DNA from: an uncultured Verrucomicrobiae bacterium
GTDB lineage: Bacteria > Verrucomicrobiota > Verrucomicrobiia > Chthoniobacterales > UBA10450
Reading direction: 5' to 3'
DNA: 64,000 nt
NCBI GenBank assembly: GCA_963742545.1
Contig: CAVUMF010000008.1
Coordinates: forward strand, 1,085 to 65,084
Every line of letters begins with the position of its first letter. Positions within the stretch are counted from its first letter, which is position 1. Below the pieces are notes generated by a model. That model worked only from the letters and a program-made list of their open reading frames with translations. It did no database searches and was not told where the DNA came from. Position numbers and translations under genes: made by a program. This document shows positions 39,282 to 48,048 of this stretch, one piece after another.

Positions 39282-39448
39282 AGCTCCGGGGAGCGCATTC
39301 GACTCGCGTGCCCCGTTCGGCGACTCGGCGAACTGCGGTGCGACGGGCGGAACTTTCGCGATCCCGATTCCATTGACGGGAATCCTCTCGGATTATTTTC
39401 GGCGAGTCGCCGGAAACAGCACGCGGGTCGCGTGCGCTCCCCGGAGCT
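39282..39448. repeat. 167-nt imperfect palindrome in the nuoG-nuoH spacer
   Basis: Perfect 16-bp outer arms agctccggggagcgca (39282-39297) and tgcgctccccggagct (39433-39448). Two further inner arm pairs have one mismatch each. Confidence 0.8.
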
Positions 39449-39470
39449 TTCGCCAGAGCCATGGATGCAC

Positions 39471-41189
39471 TCATTGCGGGCTTTTTTCCTTTTCGCGCGG
39501 GCGCACCTTTTTCTCCGCTGAGTCGCCCGGAGGGTTGGGCGATTTGTCCGTATTCAAAATCTGGACACCAAGGTCGCTGATTCGGCTCAACGTCAGGCCA
39601 GCAAACTCTGGTGTCGCCTCGTTCATTTGTCGGAAGACGTCCTCTATTGTGTAGATGCCGTTGCCGCCGGAAACAGCCTGATTCAAATCGCGCAGAATTT
39701 CCCAATCATCCCCGGCGCGCCCGGGTCCGCGTACGGCGCGATTAAGGCGTTGCAGGCGACCTTTTCCGTTGATCATCGAGCCGCGTTTCTCGGCAAAGCC
39801 CAGCGATGGCAGGACGGCGCTGGCGAAGCCGGTTGCTTCATTCGAGAGCAAATCCATCACGACATAAACCGAGAGCCGTTCGAGGTCATCGGTCGTGATC
39901 CCGATCCGAAGCGGATTTTCGCCTAACGAAATCAGAGCGCAGATCTGCCCGGAAGAGATCGCGTCCTTGATTTGTTGCAAGACCGTTCCTCCGTCCGAGG
40001 CGAGACCCAGGAGGCGGGCGCCGTTTGTGTTTGGATTGCGGTCTTCGCTCAGGAGAATGTCGTCGCCCGGCCCGGTGCGCGGGACGATGTCGATGAGGGT
40101 CACGTCCAGCAATTTCGCGAGGCGCGCTGTAAGCCACATCTCCTCGTTTGTCATTCGGCCGGAGGCAAGGATTGCGATTTGCCAGCCGATCAACGGCTTG
40201 AGCTGCGCCGCCACGCTTTCGATCGCGTGTTTCCAGGTCGCTGGTCGCAGCTTGTTTTCTTCGTAGACGAGCGGCTCGAGCAGGCGCCGGTCGCTGTGAA
40301 GATAATCGAAATTGAGCCGGCCGTAGTCGCACATCCAGCAGGAATTGACGGCGTCGTTCTCGCGTGGCGTCTGGCGGTAGATCACATCCTCGCGCGAGCC
40401 GATGATCGTATTGCAGCCGGTCGCGCAGCTTGTGCAAAAGCTCTTCGTTTCTTTCAAGAACCAGACTCTCATCTTGAAACGAAAATCCGAGGAGGTAAGC
40501 GCGCCGACCGGGCAGATGTCGACGGTGTTGAGCGAGTAATTGTTCTCCAACCGTTTGCCCGAATACGCGGTCAGCACGGTATGACTGCCGCGATCGATGA
40601 ACCCGAGGACATCGTCGTGCGCGATCTCGTTGCAAAAGCGAATGCAGCGCGAGCAGAGAATGCAGCGCTCGTCGTCGAGGGTGACGCGCGGACCGAGTTC
40701 GACGTTTTTCGGCTTCTTCACCTTGTTCTCGAGAAAGCGCGAATCCTGACGGCCGTATTCGACGCTGAATTCCTGGAGCCGGCATTCGCCCGCCTGATCA
40801 CAGATCGGGCAATCGAGCGGATGATTGATGAGCAGAAATTCCATCACTCCGCGCCGGCATTCCTCGACCAGCGGCGACAGCGTGCGCACACCGAGCCCTT
40901 CAGAGACATCAGTCGCGCAGGAAATCTGCGGGCGCGGCATCCAATTGATCACGGGTTTGCCATCTTCACCGAGGAGCGGTTTGCGATCGGGTCCCATCTT
41001 CGGCATGCCCATTTCGATCAGGCACATCCGGCAGTTGCCCGGGGAGGAGAGCTTCTTATGATAGCAATAGCGCGGGACGTAGCTGCCTGCCAGTTCGCAG
41101 GCCTCGATCAGGCGCGTGCCTTTGGGAAATTCATACCAGACGCCGTCAATCTGGACGTTGACCATTTGGAGTTGGGACTCGTTAGGCAT
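39471..41189 (-). CDS. nuoG: NADH-quinone oxidoreductase subunit G (short form)
   Basis: 572-aa ORF with 2Fe-2S/4Fe-4S motifs CYHKKLSSPGNCRMCLIE, HPLDCPICDQAGEC and CILCSRCIRFC. Lys/Glu/Pro-rich C-terminal tail. Confidence 0.9.
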   Translation of the reverse strand: MPNESQLQMVNVQIDGVWYEFPKGTRLIEACELAGSYVPRYCYHKKLSSPGNCRMCLIEMGMPKMGPDRKPLLGEDGKPVINWMPRPQISCATDVSEGLGVRTLSPLVEECRRGVMEFLLINHPLDCPICDQAGECRLQEFSVEYGRQDSRFLENKVKKPKNVELGPRVTLDDERCILCSRCIRFCNEIAHDDVLGFIDRGSHTVLTAYSGKRLENNYSLNTVDICPVGALTSSDFRFKMRVWFLKETKSFCTSCATGCNTIIGSREDVIYRQTPRENDAVNSCWMCDYGRLNFDYLHSDRRLLEPLVYEENKLRPATWKHAIESVAAQLKPLIGWQIAILASGRMTNEEMWLTARLAKLLDVTLIDIVPRTGPGDDILLSEDRNPNTNGARLLGLASDGGTVLQQIKDAISSGQICALISLGENPLRIGITTDDLERLSVYVVMDLLSNEATGFASAVLPSLGFAEKRGSMINGKGRLQRLNRAVRGPGRAGDDWEILRDLNQAVSGGNGIYTIEDVFRQMNEATPEFAGLTLSRISDLGVQILNTDKSPNPPGDSAEKKVRPREKEKSPQ

Positions 41190-41216
41190 GAATCTGGAAG
41201 CCAGTAAACCAGGAGG

Positions 41217-41648
41217 TCAAAGGCTGATGTCCTCCGGATTGCGCGGATGATATTCACGGCCGACCCGCTTTACGACCAAGCGCGTAGCCGCAAAATTCAA
41301 AAGCAATCCATCACCCAAGCCGAGGGCCTTGAGATAAGACCGCACGGTGGCGAAGTGAATATTTTCCAAGGCGCTGATTGCTTTCAGTTCGACGACGACC
41401 TGAGATTGGATGAGCAGGTCCACGCGGTGTTCGCCGATTGCCTGTTCGCGGTAAAAAATTGGCACCAGCTTTTGGCGTTCAACGACAAGTCCAAGCAAAC
41501 GCAGCTCTATGGAAAGGGCCTCTTCGTAAATCGACTCGAGAAAGCCGGGACCGAGTTCAGAATGAACGCGCAGCGCTGCGCCGATAATGCGTTCCGTGAG
41601 GGCTCGGTTCCCCAGTTCTTCTCTTGGCTTCTTGGCTTCCAGATTCAT
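41217..41648 (-). CDS. GxxExxY protein (PDDEXK_3 family, PD-(D/E)XK nuclease-like fold)
   Basis: GPGFLESIYEEAL (GxxExxY), HRVDLLI...VVELKA and LLLNF motifs. Its ATG overlaps the nuoEF TGA by one base (TGATG). Confidence 0.8.
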   Translation of the reverse strand: MNLEAKKPREELGNRALTERIIGAALRVHSELGPGFLESIYEEALSIELRLLGLVVERQKLVPIFYREQAIGEHRVDLLIQSQVVVELKAISALENIHFATVRSYLKALGLGDGLLLNFAATRLVVKRVGREYHPRNPEDISL

Positions 41649-43612
41649 CAGACGGTTCCCGGTGCGCCGGCTTTTTCCCAGCCGGGATCGTGGGCGAGGG
41701 GAACGGTTGGGATTTCCTTTTCGGCGATCAACTCCTCGGGGGTGTATTCGGGCGGCAGTGGCGGCGGGACCGGTTTCTGGGCGCGCGTGGCAAAATCCTC
41801 GGGGAACTTGTCGAGGAAACTTTGCGTTGGCCAGGCGCAGGCTTCGCCGAAGGCACAAATGGTGCGGCCTGCAATGTTATCGGCCACGTTCTTGAGCGTC
41901 GCCGGATCCTGGGTGACGCCACCGCCGTCCAGCATGCGCTGGGTGATTTTCTTCATCCAGAGCGAGCCTTCGCGGCAGGGTGTGCACTGGCCACAGCTCT
42001 CGTGGGCGTAGAATTCGTTGATGTTGTTCAGGGCCCAGACCATGTCGCGCGAGTCGTCGAGCACGATCACGCCGCCGGAACCGGCCATCGAGCCGGCCGT
42101 AGCCAGCGAATCGAAATCCATCGGGATGTCTTCGAACGACACTTCGCGGTCTTTCAATTGGTAGCGGTCGCCGGCCCGCAGGACCTTGGCCGAACTGCCG
42201 CCTGGAATAACGGCTCTGATTTTGCGACCGGGCTTTGTGCCGCCCGCCATCTCGTTGATCAACTGACCCATTGTGATCACACCGACTTCGATCTCGAAAT
42301 ATCCCGGCCTCACGACATCGCCGCTCACACAGACGATGCGCGTACCGGTATTGTTAGGCCTGCCGATCCGGGCGTATTCCGCACCGCCCATCGCAATGAT
42401 GTGCTTCACATGGCAGAGCGTTTCGACGTTGTTCACGATCGTCGGGCACATGTAGAGACCGAGGACGGCCGGGAAATAGGGCGGCTTGATCCGCGGATAG
42501 GCGCGCTTGCCTTCGAGCGATTCAATCAAGCCGGTTTCTTCGCCGCAGATATAGGCGCCGGCGCCGCGATGAATGTAAAACTCGACTTCGAAACCAGTAC
42601 CAAGAATGTTTTTCCCGAGAAAATTTTTTGCGCGAGCTTCCTCAATCGCGTGTTTGAGGATCCTGGCGCCTTCGGGAAATTCGCCCCGGATATAGATGTA
42701 GGCAGTGTGAACATTGAGGGCCCAACAGCTGATCAGCATCCCTTCGAGCAACTGATGCGGGTCCTGATGAATAATGTAACGGTCCTTGAAGGTGCCCGGC
42801 TCTGATTCGTCGGCATTGCAGATGAGGTAGACCGGCTTCGGTTCATCCGGCTTGATAAAACTCCACTTCACCCCGCAGGGAAAGCCGGCGCCGCCGCGTC
42901 CGCGGAGTCCGGAGGTTTTAACTTCGTTCACGATCTCGGCGCGGGACATTTTGATCGCGGCTTTGAGCTGCTCGTAGCCGCCGTACCTGAGGTAGCAATC
43001 GATGTCGATCGCGTAGTCTTCGCTTCCGATGTTTTGGAAAATCAAGCGGCGCTCGAGCGGATGGGGCGGAGAAGGGTGCAGCGTGAATCGTGAATCGTGA
43101 GCCGTAAGGATCTCGGGGGCGCGATTTGGTTCGACGTTTTCAAGCAGTTCATCATCGAGCATGCAGACCGGCGCGGTGCCGCAACTGGCAAGGCATTCGA
43201 CGAATTCGATGCTGTATTCGCCGTCGGAACTCACGGAAAAAGCTTCGTGCGTTCCGGCGCCTTGGTGCTCGCGGTCGATCTTTGTGAGGCGGGCGAGGTT
43301 TTCCATCAATGGATACGCACCGGCCATGGCGCAGCTGAGAGTGCGGCAAACCCGGATGTGTTTTCGCCCGGCGGGCGCCTGTCGAAACATCGGGTAGAAG
43401 GTGACCAGTTCGAGAATGTTGATCGGTTCGAGGCCGAGCCTGGCTGCGATCCAGTTCACGCCCTCGTCGCTGATGAAGCCGAAATGTTCCTGCCAAAGAT
43501 GCAGCAGCGGCATGGACGCGCTTCGCCTCTGCTCGGCCGGGTAACGGCCAATTGCTTCATCCATTCTTCGTTCCAGTTTGGCCGGAACGTTTGTCGTCAT
43601 CGTTGCCTCCAC
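41648..43612 (-). CDS. nuoEF: fused NADH-quinone oxidoreductase subunits E and F
   Basis: Single 654-aa ORF. Residues ~1-170 are NuoE-like (CRTLSC...ECLASCGTAP). Residues ~195-654 are NuoF-like (GLRGRGGAGFP FMN site, ESCGQCTPCREG N3 cluster). The linker is TAHDSRFTLHPSPPHPL. Confidence 0.85.
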   Translation of the reverse strand: MEATMTTNVPAKLERRMDEAIGRYPAEQRRSASMPLLHLWQEHFGFISDEGVNWIAARLGLEPINILELVTFYPMFRQAPAGRKHIRVCRTLSCAMAGAYPLMENLARLTKIDREHQGAGTHEAFSVSSDGEYSIEFVECLASCGTAPVCMLDDELLENVEPNRAPEILTAHDSRFTLHPSPPHPLERRLIFQNIGSEDYAIDIDCYLRYGGYEQLKAAIKMSRAEIVNEVKTSGLRGRGGAGFPCGVKWSFIKPDEPKPVYLICNADESEPGTFKDRYIIHQDPHQLLEGMLISCWALNVHTAYIYIRGEFPEGARILKHAIEEARAKNFLGKNILGTGFEVEFYIHRGAGAYICGEETGLIESLEGKRAYPRIKPPYFPAVLGLYMCPTIVNNVETLCHVKHIIAMGGAEYARIGRPNNTGTRIVCVSGDVVRPGYFEIEVGVITMGQLINEMAGGTKPGRKIRAVIPGGSSAKVLRAGDRYQLKDREVSFEDIPMDFDSLATAGSMAGSGGVIVLDDSRDMVWALNNINEFYAHESCGQCTPCREGSLWMKKITQRMLDGGGVTQDPATLKNVADNIAGRTICAFGEACAWPTQSFLDKFPEDFATRAQKPVPPPLPPEYTPEELIAEKEIPTVPLAHDPGWEKAGAPGTV

Positions 43613-43621
43613 AGATGACAG

Positions 43622-43966
43622 TTACTTGCGGAGGTTACTTTCCTTCGACTTCACCTCGTCGTTGAGAAAGACGATTGTGACCGATTCATCTCCCTGCTTG
43701 TAGGTGTAGGTCAGTTTTTTCGCGACCGGCAGGTCGACGTTGTCGATCGAAGTGGGCGGCCCGAGGATCGACTCGACTTGCTTGGGACTCATTCCGTCGG
43801 TGACCTCATCCACGTTCGCTTTCGAGATTCGCCTGCTCTCGCAGCCGCTGCAGGCGAAGGCGATCGCGAGGAGGATGAGTGCGAGATACTTTTTCGTGAC
43901 GACCTGATACAGAGTGGAATGGCGAAGCTCGAGGAGAAGCCGCCGGTATCGGGTTCTGCTTTTCAT
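43622..43966 (-). CDS. small lipoprotein (BamE/SmpA_OmlA-like fold suspected)
   Basis: Lipobox-like LAIAFACSGC and GMSPKQVESILGPP. Packed 7 nt after the nuoD stop and 9 nt before the nuoEF start. Confidence 0.5.
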   Translation of the reverse strand: MKSRTRYRRLLLELRHSTLYQVVTKKYLALILLAIAFACSGCESRRISKANVDEVTDGMSPKQVESILGPPTSIDNVDLPVAKKLTYTYKQGDESVTIVFLNDEVKSKESNLRK

Positions 43967-43973
43967 CGGGTTT

Positions 43974-45230
43974 TCATCTGTCGCATTCTCCCATCACGAA
44001 GTCCAGACTGCCGAGGATCGCGACCACATCACTCATCATTGATCCGGGTAAAAGCTCCGGAAGGATGCTGAGGTTGACAAACGAAGGGGAACGGATCTTA
44101 AGCCGGTGCGGCACGCCGCCGCCCTTGCTGTTGATGTAGAAGCCGAGTTCGCCCTTCGGGTTTTCGGCTCCGAAATAAACTTCGCCGGGGGGCGCATCGA
44201 GACCTTCGGTCACGACGATGAAATGGTGAATCAGCTCCTCCATTTTCGTCATCACGTTCGACTTGGGCGGGAGCATGTTTTTCCAATCGACGACGTTGAT
44301 CGGGCCGGCCGGCAGTTTGTCGATTACCTGCCGCAGGATGCGTTCGCTTTGCCTCATTTCCTCGATCCGAATGAGGTAGCGATCGTAGCAATCGCCCACG
44401 CTGCCGATCGGGATCTCAAAGTCGTACTGCTCGTAATCGAGATAGGGATGCTTCCGGCGCACATCGTGCTCGATGCCGCTTCCGCGCAGGTTCGGGCCAG
44501 AGAGCGCATAAGCGATCGCGCGGTCCTTCGGGATCACCCCGATGTCGCGGGTGCGATCGACGAAAATCTTGTTCCGCGTCAACAGCCGATCGATCTCATC
44601 GAGCTGGGGGATGAAGCCGTCGAGGAACGCCGCCATTTGCGGGATGAACGTCTCCGGCAAGTCGCGAATCTGACCGCCGACTCGCGTGTAAGAAGTGGTG
44701 AAGCGCGCGCCGGTCAGCAATTCAAACAAATTATAGAGCTTCTCGCGCTCGGTGAAGGTGTAGAGGAAAACCGTCATTGCCCCGAGATCGAGCGCCATCG
44801 CTCCCAGGCCCAAAAGGTGGGCGGAGAGCCGGGCCGTTTCGCAGCAGATTACCCGGATGGCCTTGCCGCGCGGTGGAAGTTCCCAGCCCATGAGTTTCTC
44901 GACCGCAAGGGCATAGGCAACGTTGTTCGCCAGCGGGGCGAGATAATCCAGCCGGTCGGTGTAAGGGACAAACTGATTGTATTGCATGTTCTCGGCGATC
45001 TTCTCGTCGCCGCGATGCAGGTAGCCGACATGCGGCGTCGCTTTCGTGACGATCTCCCCATCCAGCTCCAGCTCGAGACGCAGCACGCCGTGCGTTGCAG
45101 GGTGCGACGGGCCCATGTTGAGCACCATCTTTTCGCCGATCTGATCGTGATCAGATGCAGTCCCAGCCTGCGCCTGCATAGTGCGGGCGAGGGGATCAAG
45201 CGCGTTGATTTCGCGGGTGTCGACCGGCAT
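43974..45230 (-). CDS. nuoD: NADH-quinone oxidoreductase subunit D
   Basis: LNMGPSHPATHGVLRL, HVGYLHRGDEK and C-terminal IVAILGSLDFVMGECDR. Start set at MPVDTRE; the longer ORF runs into the intergenic hairpin. Confidence 0.9.
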   Translation of the reverse strand: MPVDTREINALDPLARTMQAQAGTASDHDQIGEKMVLNMGPSHPATHGVLRLELELDGEIVTKATPHVGYLHRGDEKIAENMQYNQFVPYTDRLDYLAPLANNVAYALAVEKLMGWELPPRGKAIRVICCETARLSAHLLGLGAMALDLGAMTVFLYTFTEREKLYNLFELLTGARFTTSYTRVGGQIRDLPETFIPQMAAFLDGFIPQLDEIDRLLTRNKIFVDRTRDIGVIPKDRAIAYALSGPNLRGSGIEHDVRRKHPYLDYEQYDFEIPIGSVGDCYDRYLIRIEEMRQSERILRQVIDKLPAGPINVVDWKNMLPPKSNVMTKMEELIHHFIVVTEGLDAPPGEVYFGAENPKGELGFYINSKGGGVPHRLKIRSPSFVNLSILPELLPGSMMSDVVAILGSLDFVMGECDR

Positions 45231-45310
45231 TCGTGAAGATGAATTGCCAATCGCCAATTGCCAAACAGGAAAGCGAGATATCTCTGGAAAGCAGGAGGAA
45301 GAATTTCTGA

Positions 45311-45377
45311 GGAAAGCAGGAAAGCATGGACTGCGTCTTTTGCAGAATCGAAGGTTTTTCCTGCTTTCTTGCTTTCC
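45311..45377. promoter_or_regulatory. hairpin with GGAAAGCA-repeat arms in the divergent nuoD/fabD control region
   Basis: GGAAAGCAGGAAAGCA (45311-45326) pairs with TTCCTGCTTTCTTGCTTTCC (45358-45377). More GGAAAGC copies lie at ~45267 and ~45286, TTGCCAA/TCGCCAA repeats at 45244-45264, and the AGAGATCTCT palindrome at ~45381. Confidence 0.5.
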
Positions 45378-45404
45378 TGAGAGATCTCTGGTTGATCTCT
45401 GCCT

Positions 45405-46352
45405 ATGAACCGAAAGATCGCACTCCTCTTTGCCGGGCAAGGCGCGCAGGTCGTCGGAATGGGCCGGGACCTCGCGGCGGAGTTTGTTGAAGCGGCCGAC
45501 TTGTTTGAACGGGCGGACGAAGTGCTCGGCCGGAAACTGAGCGAGATCGCATGGCATGGGCCGATCGAGGAACTGACCCGGACTTCCAACTGTCAGCCTG
45601 CTCTCTACATTTACGGACTGGCCTGCCTGAGTGTGCTGCGCGACATCGCGGGCATGTTCCCGGTCACGGCAGCCGCCGGCTTGTCGTTAGGCGAATGGAC
45701 CGCTCATGCCGCCGCCGGCACCTTTTCCTTTGAAGACGGATTGCGCCTCGTCGAGCAGCGCGGCCGTTTCATGGAAGCGGCCTGCGAGGCAACTTCCGGG
45801 GCGATGGCGGCGATGATCGGCGCCGACGAGTCAGCCGTTCGCGCGCTCGCCGCCGACACCGATGTGGACGTTGCGAATCTCAATGCGCCGGGACAAATCG
45901 TGATCTCGGGCGAGCGCGCCAAAGTCGAACTGGCCGTCGGTCTGGCCAAGGAGCATGGCATTCGGCGCGCGACCCTTCTCAATGTCGCCGGCGCCTATCA
46001 CTCGCGGTTGATGGAGAACGCCTATTTGCAGGTCGGCGAAGCGCTCCTCGATGTGACTTTGCAAAAGCCGGGCTTCCCGGTGATCAGCAACGTGACCGGC
46101 GCGGAGGTCGAATCAGCGGCTCAAATCCGTCGCACCTTGCAGGATCAGGTTACCGCCACGGTGCGCTGGACCGATTGCATGGAGCGCATGTTCAAGATGG
46201 ATTGCGATCTTTTTCTCGAGCTTGGGCCCGGTGGCGTCCTCGCTGGCCTCATGCAGCGAACGCGCAAAGGTACCGAAGTCCTGAGCGTGAGCGATGTCGC
46301 TTCGCTCCAAACATGTGCCGCAAAATTGCGGGAAGTGCATCCTGCAGCCTGA
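45405..46352 (+). CDS. fabD: malonyl CoA-acyl carrier protein transacylase
   Basis: ALLFAGQGAQVVGMG, active-site GLSLGEW, AGAYHSRLM; 315 aa. Confidence 0.9.
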   Translation: MNRKIALLFAGQGAQVVGMGRDLAAEFVEAADLFERADEVLGRKLSEIAWHGPIEELTRTSNCQPALYIYGLACLSVLRDIAGMFPVTAAAGLSLGEWTAHAAAGTFSFEDGLRLVEQRGRFMEAACEATSGAMAAMIGADESAVRALAADTDVDVANLNAPGQIVISGERAKVELAVGLAKEHGIRRATLLNVAGAYHSRLMENAYLQVGEALLDVTLQKPGFPVISNVTGAEVESAAQIRRTLQDQVTATVRWTDCMERMFKMDCDLFLELGPGGVLAGLMQRTRKGTEVLSVSDVASLQTCAAKLREVHPAA

Positions 46353-46477
46353 GCGCTCGATCTTTTCCTCCTGCTCCTGTGCGCAATTGGCGCTCCTCGA
46401 TCACGAGGACGAGTGGATGGCTTCGGCCATCCACGCTTGCACTCCCGTTTACTTCTGCTAAGACCGGGACTCCTTTG

Positions 46478-47572
46478 ATGAATTTGCCGCTCCTGACTTC
46501 GCGCTCTCGCGTGATGCTTTTCGCACCGCATCCCGACGATGAATCGCTCGCCAGCGGGGTTTACCTGCAGCGCGCGATCGCGACTGGCGCGGCGGTGCGC
46601 GTTGTCTACGCGACGAATGGCGAGAAAAATTGCTGGCCGCAGCGCCTGCTCGAACGCAAGGTCCGCCTCGACGCAGCGGATCGCCGCCGTTGGGCCGTGC
46701 GCCGGCAGACCGAATCACTTGCCGCCTTGCGGATCCTTGGCATCGAAACCGAAGATGTCGAGTTTCTCTCCCTCCCAGATCAAGGCGTGACCGACCTTTT
46801 GCTCGGTGGTTGCAAGGAAACGTTGCGTCGGCTCGCGCTTGCGATCGCAGTCTGGAGACCGACTCATCTCCTTATCCCTTCCGCGCGCGACACACACCCG
46901 GACCACAGTGGGCTCGCGATCCTGCTCCGCCTGGCGATCAAAGAGTATCTCTCGTCGCAGCTCGAAGTGACGCAGCTCCATTATCTTGTGCATGGTGCGA
47001 GCCAATCGTTTGCCCGGCAGGCCCACGATCTCGCGCACAACCCCGTGGAACGAAAGGCGAAACGGCGCGCCATTCTCTGCCATGCGACGCAGGTCGCCTT
47101 CTCGCGTCGTCGTTTTCTTTCCTACGCGCGGCGTCCGGAGCGGTTCGTCGTGGGAGAGGAAAAAATGGCACCGGTTTGTGACGGCCCGGTTCGTTCTTTC
47201 ACGCGCGCCGGCAGCCAGCTGCGGCTACGCGTTGCCTTTACCCTTAAGCCGCTCCGCGCGGAAGAGACCTCGCTCTACGTTCTTGGTCGTGATTCGAGCG
47301 GCCGCCTGCGTTGCCTGCGCACAACGCTTCCCGGGCGAAGCGCACGGCTCGACCTGATCGACCGGGCGACTGGCGCGATAGCACATATCGGGCGCTACCG
47401 TGGTGACGCCTTCCAGGCTGAGATCTCGCTCCCGCTGATCGGATTCGCGGTCAACCAGCCGATTTTTATGAAACTCGATCGCCGGGTTTGGTTTTTCGAC
47501 GAGGCCGGATGGCTAGAAATTCCCTCGATCTCTGAAGTGGAGACGCCCATCCCGCAGCTGGCCGTCGCCTGA
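46478..47572 (+). CDS. PIG-L/LmbE family deacetylase with C-terminal extension
   Basis: VMLFAPHPDDESL motif and HPDH. Start set at MNLPLL (46478). The C-terminal ~150 aa are unrecognised. Confidence 0.7.
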   Translation: MNLPLLTSRSRVMLFAPHPDDESLASGVYLQRAIATGAAVRVVYATNGEKNCWPQRLLERKVRLDAADRRRWAVRRQTESLAALRILGIETEDVEFLSLPDQGVTDLLLGGCKETLRRLALAIAVWRPTHLLIPSARDTHPDHSGLAILLRLAIKEYLSSQLEVTQLHYLVHGASQSFARQAHDLAHNPVERKAKRRAILCHATQVAFSRRRFLSYARRPERFVVGEEKMAPVCDGPVRSFTRAGSQLRLRVAFTLKPLRAEETSLYVLGRDSSGRLRCLRTTLPGRSARLDLIDRATGAIAHIGRYRGDAFQAEISLPLIGFAVNQPIFMKLDRRVWFFDEAGWLEIPSISEVETPIPQLAVA

Positions 47573-47593
47573 GGAATTCCATTCGTTTATATC

Positions 47594-48046
47594 ATGACAC
47601 TTGCCCAAAGAATCGATTCCGACCTGAAAGACGCGATGCGTGCCAGAGACAGCGCGAGGCTCGGGGTCCTGCGGATGTTGAAATCGGCGCTCAAATATGC
47701 CGCGATCGAGAAGTCCGGTGCGGAGGGCGAGCTGGACGACGCCGAGTCGACGCAGGTCATCCGCAAACAGGTCAGACAACGGCAGGATTCGATCGAGAGT
47801 TTTGAAAAAGGCGGGCGACCCGAGCTGGCGGAAAAGGAAAAGAGCGAGCTCGCGATTTTGAATTCCTACCTCCCAGCCGCGATGAGCGCGGATGAAATCG
47901 CGCGATTAGTGAAGGAGACGATCGCCGAAGTCGGCGCCACCTCGCGCGCGCAGATGGGCGCAGTAATGAAAGCGCTTGGACCGAAGGTCGCGGGTCGCGC
48001 GGATGGCAAGACGCTCAGCCAGGAAGTGCAGCGGCAGTTGGGATGA
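47594..48046 (+). CDS. GatB/YqeY domain protein
   Basis: IDSDLKDAMRARDSARLGVLRMLKSALK and EKSELAILNSYLP are typical of YqeY. Confidence 0.8.
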   Translation: MTLAQRIDSDLKDAMRARDSARLGVLRMLKSALKYAAIEKSGAEGELDDAESTQVIRKQVRQRQDSIESFEKGGRPELAEKEKSELAILNSYLPAAMSADEIARLVKETIAEVGATSRAQMGAVMKALGPKVAGRADGKTLSQEVQRQLG

Positions 48047-48048
48047 AG

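Noticed and set aside
31465-45236. Very long plus-strand ORFs antisense to the nuo genes (31465-32751, 35096-36580, 39972-41207, 41624-42805, 44106-45236)
   Set aside because: These are typical shadow ORFs of GC-rich DNA. Their translations are Arg/Gly/Asp-rich low-complexity sequences without motifs, whereas the minus-strand frames carry unmistakable complex I signatures.
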